Below, one piece after another: positions 35,863-43,262 of a DNA stretch of 64,000 bases. Made by a program: the position numbers and the translations under genes. Each line of letters starts with the position of its first letter. Position 1 is the stretch's first letter. The DNA lies in contig JACQBA010000013.1 in assembly GCA_016194745.1 (NCBI GenBank), positions 128,822-192,821 of the forward strand. The letters are read 5' to 3'. This DNA comes from Elusimicrobiota bacterium. Lineage in GTDB: Bacteria; Elusimicrobiota; Elusimicrobia; UBA1565; JACRDR01. A model generated the notes under the pieces. That model was not told the DNA's origin. It ran no database searches and was given only the letters and a program-made list of their open reading frames with translations.

Positions 35863-36894
35863 ATGGCCGACACGCTGACCGCTTCCCCCGCCCCGTCCGC
35901 GCCGATGAACCGGCAAGACTTCGTCTCCGACCAAATCGTGCGCTGGTGCCCCGGCTGCGGCGACTACGCGATCTTGGCCTCGGTGCAGAAGCTGATGCCT
36001 TCCCTCGGCATCCCGCGCGAGAAGATCGTGTTCGTCTCCGGCATCGGGTGCTCGAGCCGTTTTCCGTACTACATGAACACCTACGGGATGCACTCGATCC
36101 ACGGCCGCGCGCCGACGTTCGCGACGGGGCTCAAGAGCGCACGCCCCGACCTTACCGTTTGGGTCGTCACGGGCGACGGCGACGGGCTGTCGATCGGCGG
36201 CAACCACCTCCTGCACGCGCTGCGGCGGAACGTGGACCTAAAGATCCTGCTCTTCAACAACAAGATCTACGGCCTGACGAAGGGGCAGGCGTCCCCGACG
36301 TCCGAGCTCGGCAAGAAAACGAAGTCCTCGCCGTTCGGCACGATCGACCGGCCGATCAACCCGCTGCGTTTCGCGCTGGCGGCCGAGGCGCCGTTCGTGG
36401 CGCGCACGGTCGACACGGACGTGACGCACATGGGCCAGGTCCTCGAGCGCGCCGCCAAACACAAGGGCTCGGCGTTCGTCGAGATCTATCAGAACTGCAT
36501 CGTCTTCAACGATGCCGCCTTCCCGGGCGTGCAGAGCCGAGACACCCGCGACGACGCGGCGGTCAAGCTCGAGCACGGCAAGCCGATGATCTTCGGCAAA
36601 GCAAAGGACAAGGGCGTCAAGCTCAACGGCTTCAAGCCCGAGGTCGTCACCTTCGACCCCGCCAAGCCCCCGTCGGACCTCCTCGTGCACGACGAGAAGG
36701 CGAATCCGGCGGTCGCCTACATGCTCACGGAGCTCGAGGGCGACGACTTGCCCGTCGCGATGGGCGTGTTCCGGGACGTCGAGTCCCCGACCTTCGACGG
36801 CCTCATGAACCAGCAGATTGCCGAGAACGCCAAGCCCGGCGCGGACGATCTTCAGAAGCTCTTGACGGGATCAGACAGCTGGGAGGTAAAGTAG
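35863..36894 (+). CDS. korB: 2-oxoacid:ferredoxin oxidoreductase subunit beta (TPP-binding)
   Basis: 343 aa. WCPGCGDY...; TPP-binding GDGDGLSIGGNHL. Begins 5 nt after korA. Confidence 0.85.
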   Translation: MADTLTASPAPSAPMNRQDFVSDQIVRWCPGCGDYAILASVQKLMPSLGIPREKIVFVSGIGCSSRFPYYMNTYGMHSIHGRAPTFATGLKSARPDLTVWVVTGDGDGLSIGGNHLLHALRRNVDLKILLFNNKIYGLTKGQASPTSELGKKTKSSPFGTIDRPINPLRFALAAEAPFVARTVDTDVTHMGQVLERAAKHKGSAFVEIYQNCIVFNDAAFPGVQSRDTRDDAAVKLEHGKPMIFGKAKDKGVKLNGFKPEVVTFDPAKPPSDLLVHDEKANPAVAYMLTELEGDDLPVAMGVFRDVESPTFDGLMNQQIAENAKPGADDLQKLLTGSDSWEVK

Positions 36895-36965
36895 TTGTCG
36901 GAGTCCAACGCACGAAGTTCAGCCGAGCGCCTTTGCTGAATATCCGACTCCGATCGCCGAACTCT

Positions 36966-37460
36966 ATGAGATGCCCTGATTGTGGTTCCGAGAATCTTGC
37001 CGGCGCCGAAGACTGCGTCTCTTGCAGCGCGCCGATCGCCTCCTACGCCGCTCAGGCCACGGGGAAGGACCAGAAGCGCATCCTCGAGGGCACGATCCGG
37101 GATTTGAAGCCCCACGACGCGATCGCGCTGTACCCGAGCCGCACCGTCACCGAGGCCGTCGAGCTCATGCGCACGCACAAGATCGGCTGCGTGGTCGTGG
37201 CGGAAAAAGGCGGCAGCCTGGCCGGGATATTCACCGAGCGCGACCTGCTTCGCAAGGTGGCGGGCCGCCTCGATCCCTCGAAAACGAGGCTCGCCGCCGT
37301 GATGCGCGCCGATATCGAGCCTTTGCACGAGGGCGACACGGTCGCCTTCGCCTTCCACAACATGGCGGTGCACGACTACCGGCACATCCCGGTCGAGTTC
37401 GACGACGGCAGCCTGGCCGTGATCACGTCGCGCGACCTGCTCCGCTACCTTTGTAAGTAG
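36966..37460 (+). CDS. zinc-ribbon plus CBS domain pair protein
   Basis: Start at ATG 36966 (MRCPDCGSENLAGAEDCVSCSAPI), a Cys4 ribbon followed by two CBS motifs (GCVVVAEKGGSLAGIFTERDLL; HIPVEFDDGSLAVITSRDLLRYL). The ORF-track ORF 35946..37460 is in-frame upstream junk. Confidence 0.7.
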   Translation: MRCPDCGSENLAGAEDCVSCSAPIASYAAQATGKDQKRILEGTIRDLKPHDAIALYPSRTVTEAVELMRTHKIGCVVVAEKGGSLAGIFTERDLLRKVAGRLDPSKTRLAAVMRADIEPLHEGDTVAFAFHNMAVHDYRHIPVEFDDGSLAVITSRDLLRYLCK

Positions 37461-39399
37461 AGTCTCCCAAGGCCTCCGCGGCGGGCCAAAAGCGCTCGGG
37501 CGGGTGAAATTCCGCTGACACGCGTCGCGCGCTGTCACGGTGGCACTTCTCGATGATCGACGCCGCATGGACCCGCTCCGCGGCGCCCGCCGAGTTCGAC
37601 AATGCCACCGCCGCGTCGCAGGCCGGCACTCCGACCGTGTAGCCCGCCGGAAACACCTGCGCCAGGCGCTGCGTCAGAAGCAGCCGCGAAGGCCCCACGC
37701 CGTCGTCCTGCTTGAAGAGAAGGGCCACGGGCGCGCCGTCCTCCCGCGCGAGCGTGAACGACGCGAGTTCCGGAGAGATGCGCTTGAGATTCTCCATCGC
37801 GATCGTGCGCCAGCGCAGGCCTCGGCCCTCCCAGAACGCGGCGAGCTCGGCGCCCACGTAGCGGCGCATCCTGTTGGGCATGAGCACCGCCCAGGCGACC
37901 ACGAGACCCGGCACGCCGACGGGAGCCGTGATGTCGGTCTTTCCCTTCAGGGCCTCGGCGAGCTCGTAGACGGGCACGAGCTCGTGGATGGGAAGCGCGT
38001 CGAAGGCCACCTTCCCGAGGCGCTCGATCTCCTCGGGAGTCGGCTGGCGAAGCACCGCCTTGGCCGCCTGCGCCTCGACGCGATCGAGCGCCTCGGCCGC
38101 CTTGGCGTGTCGTTGCCCCGCGGCGAGGCGGAGCCACCGCGCGGCTTCCGGCAAGTCCTGCTCGACGCCGAGTCCCTTTTCGTACGCTACGCCGAGCTCG
38201 TACTGCGACCGGGGATCCCCCCGGTCGGCGGCCGTCTTGTGCCAGTGGAGCGACTTGGAGAAGTCCTGCGGCACCCCGTCGCCGCTCCGGTAGAGCTCGG
38301 CGAGATCCTGGCATGCCCCGAGATGCCCCTTGAGCGCCGCCTTACGGAGCCACTCGGCTCCCGCCTCGGCGTCCCGCGTCACGCCGTCGCCCCGCACCAA
38401 TCGCGCCCCCAGCGCGCGCTCGGCGTCCGGATAGCCCTGCTCCGCCGCCTTGCGGAGCCAGTCGAGCGCTTTCCGCAGATCCTTCGCGACGCCGCGTCCG
38501 TCGCGATGCGCCTCGTACAGGGAGAACTGGGTGTCCGCGTCGGCGGCCTCCGCGGCGGCCGGGACGCTCGCCGGGGCCTCCGCGGGTTCGGCCGAAGCCG
38601 GCGCGGGCGGGGCGGCGCTCGGAAGAGCGGCCAGCGCTTGGCGGGCCTCTGGATGCCCCTGCCGCGCCGCCTTGTCGAACCAAAGCCTCGCCTTCTCGAT
38701 GTCCTTGGGCACTCCCGCGCCCGCTTCGTACATGCGGCCCAAGTTGAACTGCGACTCCGCGTGGCTGCGCTCCGCGGCGCGCTCGTACCATGCCGCGGCC
38801 TCCGTCAAGTTCGCGTCCACGCCGATCCCCGTCTGATACATCCAGCCCAAGTTGTACTGCGCCGCGGGGCTCCCGGCCTTCGAAGCGGTCTTGAACCAGT
38901 CGATCGCTTCGAGCGGATCGCGCCGGACTCCCTCGCCGGCGAGGATCAAGCAGCCCATGCTGCTCGTCGCCGACGCATGCCCCTGTTTCGCCGCCCGTTT
39001 GAACCACTGCGCGGCCTTTTCGAAGTCTCGATCGACGCACTTGCCCCGGTAGTGCATGCCGCCGAGCACGAACTGGCCGGAAGGATCCCCATGCTTCACG
39101 GTGAGCCTCGCCGATTCGATGGCCTTCTTCCACCACATCCCGCCGATACCCTCGTCTTTCTCGACGCCCTCGCCTTCGTCGTAGCGGCGGGCGAGGTAGT
39201 ATTGCGCCTCGGGATTCCCCCGTCCGGCCGAGAATTGGATTGCCTCGAGGACCGCGTGCGCCGGCCTCCAGCAGTCGTTCGGCGTCGACTCCGGAAGGAC
39301 GAGGCGGTCGAAGCCGAACTCCGGCGCGCGCACGAGATCCGGGATCTCGTACGGGCCGTCGGGCGTCTCGCCGTCGATGTCCAGAAGAAAGTAGCGCAT
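37423..39399 (-). CDS. Sel1-repeat (TPR-like) protein with ~230-aa uncharacterised C-terminal domain
   Basis: Start at ATG 39399 (MRYFLLDIDGE); the ORF-track ORF 37423..40218 extends upstream as Arg-rich junk. About 9 Sel1-like repeats (AQYYLARRYDEGEGVEKDE; AQYNLGWMYQTGIGVDANLTEAAAWYERAA; ...). Confidence 0.75.
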   Translation of the reverse strand: MRYFLLDIDGETPDGPYEIPDLVRAPEFGFDRLVLPESTPNDCWRPAHAVLEAIQFSAGRGNPEAQYYLARRYDEGEGVEKDEGIGGMWWKKAIESARLTVKHGDPSGQFVLGGMHYRGKCVDRDFEKAAQWFKRAAKQGHASATSSMGCLILAGEGVRRDPLEAIDWFKTASKAGSPAAQYNLGWMYQTGIGVDANLTEAAAWYERAAERSHAESQFNLGRMYEAGAGVPKDIEKARLWFDKAARQGHPEARQALAALPSAAPPAPASAEPAEAPASVPAAAEAADADTQFSLYEAHRDGRGVAKDLRKALDWLRKAAEQGYPDAERALGARLVRGDGVTRDAEAGAEWLRKAALKGHLGACQDLAELYRSGDGVPQDFSKSLHWHKTAADRGDPRSQYELGVAYEKGLGVEQDLPEAARWLRLAAGQRHAKAAEALDRVEAQAAKAVLRQPTPEEIERLGKVAFDALPIHELVPVYELAEALKGKTDITAPVGVPGLVVAWAVLMPNRMRRYVGAELAAFWEGRGLRWRTIAMENLKRISPELASFTLAREDGAPVALLFKQDDGVGPSRLLLTQRLAQVFPAGYTVGVPACDAAVALSNSAGAAERVHAASIIEKCHRDSARRVSAEFHPPERFWPAAEALGDSTYKGSGAGRAT

Positions 39400-39492
39400 G
39401 GATCCGCCGCGTCCTCGCTTCCCGTCTAGGATAGCCCCGCTCCAAGACCGGCGCAAGGCCGCTCCCGCAGCGCTTTTTGCTATCCTCGGCGC

Positions 39493-39996
39493 ATGAAACC
39501 CTATCTTGCCGCCGCCCTGCTGTCCTTCGCCCATTCTCTCCTGGCCGCCGACGCGCCGTCGATCAGCCGCGTGGAGATCGTGGAGAAGGGAAGCTATGAG
39601 GCAGAGATCATGCAGAAATCCGACGTCGCCGGAAGCCCCTCGGGCTCGCACGTCGTCTCGCGGAACTTCCGTCTCGTCAAGAAAGGAGATCGAGTGGACG
39701 CCAAGGTCGGCGCCCGGTTCGGCTTCCGCTTCAACGTCCATGGAGCTCCCGCCAACGCGGTCGTCACCGTCAAGGAAGTGACGATCTTCCCGAAGGCGGG
39801 TATCCGGGATCCGGAGCGGAAGAAGACGTTCTTCCAGGAAGAAAGCGCGAAGGCGGTCCGGATCGGCCAGAACGCCTACCGCGGCTATTTGCTCGAAAAG
39901 GACTGGGAGGTCGTGCCGGGAGACTGGGCCTTCGAGATTTGGTACGGCGACAAGCGGATCGCGCGCGAGGTATTCACCCTTGAGGCGCCGCGCTAA
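39493..39996 (+). CDS. hypothetical secreted protein (possibly DUF3859-like)
   Basis: 167 aa. Signal peptide MKPYLAAALLSFAHSLLAADA. C-terminal WAFEIWYGDKRIAREVFTLE. Family assignment is from memory only. Confidence 0.45.
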   Translation: MKPYLAAALLSFAHSLLAADAPSISRVEIVEKGSYEAEIMQKSDVAGSPSGSHVVSRNFRLVKKGDRVDAKVGARFGFRFNVHGAPANAVVTVKEVTIFPKAGIRDPERKKTFFQEESAKAVRIGQNAYRGYLLEKDWEVVPGDWAFEIWYGDKRIAREVFTLEAPR

Positions 39997-40499
39997 CGCT
40001 CGGCGGGCTTGTCCGGGCTGGATCCGAACAGGCCCAGGCGCAGGATCCCGCCGACCGGCCTGGTGCGGAAATCGCCGTGCTGCAGGCCGTTGGCGGCGTC
40101 CTCGATGGGGAGCAGCAGCATCAGCGTGACGTCCTGCTGCCGCCAGATCGGAGCGGTGAGCGTCTTGTTCTGTATCCGGTCGTCGAGCTCGCGCTTGGCG
40201 AAATAGCTCGTCCCCCAAAGGCCGATCCCGTAGGCGATGTCAGCGCCGCCGTAGCCCGTCGGCCCGCCGAACTCCGAGAACAAGCTGTACCCCGGGACCG
40301 CCGCGCGCATCAGGGACTCGGTGAGCGGCAGGTCGAGCTTCGTCCCCACGAACACGTGCGGTCCGATGCGCGGCTTGCGCGCGCGCTTCTTGACCGGCGC
40401 TTTAGGCCGCGGGGCGTCCCGGTATTCGAGCCTCGGCGAGGCCGCTGCCAGGAGCAGCGGAGCCAGGAGCGCCGCCGTCAGACGAGCGAATCGCCTCAT
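39993..40499 (-). CDS. hypothetical secreted protein
   Basis: 168 aa. Signal peptide MRRFARLTAALLAPLLLAAASP; basic stretch KKRARKPR; convergent with the previous gene (4-nt overlap). Confidence 0.45.
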   Translation of the reverse strand: MRRFARLTAALLAPLLLAAASPRLEYRDAPRPKAPVKKRARKPRIGPHVFVGTKLDLPLTESLMRAAVPGYSLFSEFGGPTGYGGADIAYGIGLWGTSYFAKRELDDRIQNKTLTAPIWRQQDVTLMLLLPIEDAANGLQHGDFRTRPVGGILRLGLFGSSPDKPAER

Positions 40500-40533
40500 C
40501 CATCCATTATAGCCTTTGACGCGGGATCGGACG

Positions 40534-41658
40534 TCACTTCCTGCAGGCTTGCTTCTTGCCCAACCGGCACGCCTCGCGCAGGTCGTCCTTCGCCCAGACC
40601 TTGTCTCCGCGCCTGGCGTTGACGCCGGCTCGGCGATAGTAGCAGTCGGGAAGATCGAACTCCGTCCGCCAGCGCGCCTGCGGAGTCTCCGAAGAGGCGT
40701 CGATCGCCTTCGAAAAGTCGCCCGCCGCCTCGAGGAGCTTCTTGCGCCTCTCGCGCGCGATGCCGCGCCAGTAGAAGGCGAGGATGATCTCGGGATTCAA
40801 ATTGTCGTAGGTAAGGATCGAGCCGCCCGCCGTAGTCTCTTCTCCGACTCGAGACGCCGAGCCCGCCATCCGGTCGATGTTCTCCTTCGCGCCCAACTGC
40901 GTGCGGATGAACTTCGTGAAATGCCCATCCGCCTCCCCCTTGCCCCACCGAAAGTAGCACTCCCCCAGGTCGAACTGGACGCGCGGGCTGTCCTTGCTGC
41001 CCACGAGGCCGCGCAGGATGGCGAGTCCCTGCTGGTACTTCTTCAGCTTGCAGAGAGTCCTCGCCTTGAAGGCGGTCGCCTCGTAGGCGCCTCGAGGGTC
41101 CTTGGCCTTGCGGGCCAGGCTCGCCGCCGTCGCCAGGTCGGGGAATCCCTGCTCCGGCGTTTTGAGGCAGTTGATCCTGTCGTTGGCGCGGTTGAAGTAG
41201 TAATGCCAGCTGACCGGCCCTTTGCGCGACTTGTCGTCCTCCTCGGATTTTATCGCCGCCGTCCGCGCTTCGATCGCTTCGTCGCAGCGTCCCATGGAAG
41301 ACAGGATGGCTCCCCGGATGTCGAGGGAATAGCCGTTGCCGGGAACGAGCTCGAGAGACTTGTCGATGTCCGCCAGCGCGGGCTCGAACTCGGCGATGTC
41401 GTGGTAGGCGTTGGCGCGGAGCTGATAGATCCACGCCAGCAGACTCTTGCCCTCCGGCTCCGTCCACGCCTCGATAGCCTTGGTGGTGAGGTCGATGCGG
41501 GCCTGGTTGTCCTTCGCCTCGTCGGCCTGGCGCTTGTATTCGCTCGCGGTCGGTCCCGCGTACGACAGGCATGGCGCGACAAAGAGCGCGACGACGAGCA
41601 GGGAAAGGCTCTTGGATCCGCCAGGGACAAGCGCCGAGTAACGGCCGTTGCTCATCAC
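40534..41658 (-). CDS. TPR-like repeat secreted/lipoprotein-like protein
   Basis: 374 aa. N-terminal hydrophobic signal (LSLLVVALFVAPCLSYAG) and helical-repeat composition. Downstream of the FHA gene in the same orientation. Confidence 0.5.
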   Translation of the reverse strand: MMSNGRYSALVPGGSKSLSLLVVALFVAPCLSYAGPTASEYKRQADEAKDNQARIDLTTKAIEAWTEPEGKSLLAWIYQLRANAYHDIAEFEPALADIDKSLELVPGNGYSLDIRGAILSSMGRCDEAIEARTAAIKSEEDDKSRKGPVSWHYYFNRANDRINCLKTPEQGFPDLATAASLARKAKDPRGAYEATAFKARTLCKLKKYQQGLAILRGLVGSKDSPRVQFDLGECYFRWGKGEADGHFTKFIRTQLGAKENIDRMAGSASRVGEETTAGGSILTYDNLNPEIILAFYWRGIARERRKKLLEAAGDFSKAIDASSETPQARWRTEFDLPDCYYRRAGVNARRGDKVWAKDDLREACRLGKKQACRK

Positions 41659-41677
41659 TCGACGCTCGGCGCCGGCG

Positions 41678-42412
41678 TCAGGCCGCGGCGCCTTCCTTGA
41701 TGTAGAATTGCATCGTCGTGCCGCCGCAGTCGATGATGTCGCCGTCCTTGAGGACGACCTGGTCCGCCACGGTCGAGCCGTTGACCACGGGGTAGCCGGA
41801 CTGCACCGCCTTGAGGACGAATCCCTCGGGCTTTCGGTGGATCGACGCGGCGACTTCGGGGGCGGAGCCGAACAGCCCCGTGCCCTTGATCTGCACCTGG
41901 ACGCGGTCGGATTTTCCGATATAGGTGGACATGCCCTTGAGTTCGTACTCGGGATTGGACACCACGCCCTTGAGGATGCGCAGCCCGCCGACTTTCTCGG
42001 GCTGACCGGCTCCGGCCGAGGCGGTACCTGCCTTCGCCATCTCGGCCTGCTTCTCCGGCGACAGCATCATCGTCGCCTCGGCGGCGGGAGCCTTCTGCAC
42101 GGGCGCCGTCTCGGCGGCCGGCTTGTCCTCCATGAACACCAGGACGTGCTTGGTCGCCAGGCCGACCACGTCGTTGTGGTGCAGGCCCGCCTTCATGATC
42201 CGTTTTTCGTTGACGTACGTGCCGTTCGTCGACTCGAGGTCCTCGACGTAGAACGTGTCTCCCTGCAAGGAGATCTTGCAATGGTGCCCGGACACCGCCG
42301 GATTGTCGATCACGACGTCGTTGTCGGGCTTGCGCCCGATCGTGAACGAGGGCTTGTCCATGGCGTACTCTTTGATGACCGCGGCGTTGAACTTGAGCAG
42401 CAATTTGGGCAT
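41678..42412 (-). CDS. FHA domain-containing protein
   Basis: 244 aa. N-terminal FHA (FTIGRKPDNDVVIDNPAVSGHHCKISLQGDTFYVEDLESTNGTYVNEKRI) plus a second degenerate FHA-like C-terminal half. Confidence 0.8.
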   Translation of the reverse strand: MPKLLLKFNAAVIKEYAMDKPSFTIGRKPDNDVVIDNPAVSGHHCKISLQGDTFYVEDLESTNGTYVNEKRIMKAGLHHNDVVGLATKHVLVFMEDKPAAETAPVQKAPAAEATMMLSPEKQAEMAKAGTASAGAGQPEKVGGLRILKGVVSNPEYELKGMSTYIGKSDRVQVQIKGTGLFGSAPEVAASIHRKPEGFVLKAVQSGYPVVNGSTVADQVVLKDGDIIDCGGTTMQFYIKEGAAA

Positions 42413-42449
42413 CTCTCGTCTCCCTGGCTCGGTGCGGCCTAAGTTCCGT

Positions 42450-43262
42450 CTACGTCCCGAAAATCTTCCCCAACAATCCCTTCATTCCCGGCTTCTTCGC
42501 GGAAAATGCGGCGACGACCGTGATGTTGTCCACCCCTCCCGCGGCCCTCGCCGCGGCGATGAGGCTGTCGCACGCCGACAGAGCCGTCGGCGACGACGAA
42601 AGCGTCTTGGCGATCTCGGCCTCAGAGACCATTTTCGTGAGCCCGTCCGTGCATAGGAGCAGGACGTCGCCCGGCAGGACCGGATAGTCCTGCAGGTCGA
42701 CGACGACGTTCGGCTCGGTGCCCAGGGCGCGGGTCAAGATGTTCTGCATCGAGGACTTCTCCGCCTGCTCCGCCGTGATGAGGCCCCGCCGGACCTGGTC
42801 CGCGACGAGGGAATGGTCCTCCGTCAGCGCCTCCAGCGCTCCGCGCCGGAACAGGTACAGCCGGCTGTCCCCCACGTGGGCCACGGTCGCGGCGCCGTCG
42901 TCGGCCAAGACCGCGACGACCGTCGTGCCCATGCCGTGATCCTGGGGGATGACGCGGGCTTTCTCGAAGATCAAAGTGTTGGCGGTCTGGACGAAGTACT
43001 CGAGTTGCCGGGCTTTGACGGACTTCGACGCGTCCCCCCCTTCCGGGATCATCTGCTTGTCGCCCCCGATCATCTTCCGGGCGTAATCGAGGATCGTTTC
43101 CGTCGCCATGCGGCTCGCCACCTCTCCGGCGTTGTGGCCGCCCATGCCGTCGGCGACGACGAGGAGTCCCAGCCTCAGGTCCACCGCCAGGCTGTCCTCG
43201 TTGTTTTCACGGACACAGCCTGGGTCCGTTTTTCCGGCGATGTCCCAGGAAAGCTTGCTCAT
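42450..43262 (-). CDS. PP2C-family Ser/Thr protein phosphatase (Stp-like)
   Basis: Start at ATG 43262 (MSKLSWDIAGKTDPGCVRENNEDS); the ORF-track ORF extends to 43598. Motifs VADGMGGHNAGEVAS, DNITVVA. Start overlaps the kinase stop. Confidence 0.85.
   Translation of the reverse strand: MSKLSWDIAGKTDPGCVRENNEDSLAVDLRLGLLVVADGMGGHNAGEVASRMATETILDYARKMIGGDKQMIPEGGDASKSVKARQLEYFVQTANTLIFEKARVIPQDHGMGTTVVAVLADDGAATVAHVGDSRLYLFRRGALEALTEDHSLVADQVRRGLITAEQAEKSSMQNILTRALGTEPNVVVDLQDYPVLPGDVLLLCTDGLTKMVSEAEIAKTLSSSPTALSACDSLIAAARAAGGVDNITVVAAFSAKKPGMKGLLGKIFGT

Noticed and set aside
34071-35873. 600-aa minus-strand ORF antisense to korA
   Set aside because: Arg/Asp/Gly-rich junk. korA on the + strand has unmistakable 2-oxoacid oxidoreductase motifs.
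37540-39429. 629-aa + strand ORF and 38342..39445 minus (367 aa) overlapping the Sel1-repeat gene
   Set aside because: Arg/Gly/Pro-rich translations. The Sel1 repeats are only coherent in the 37423..39399 minus frame.
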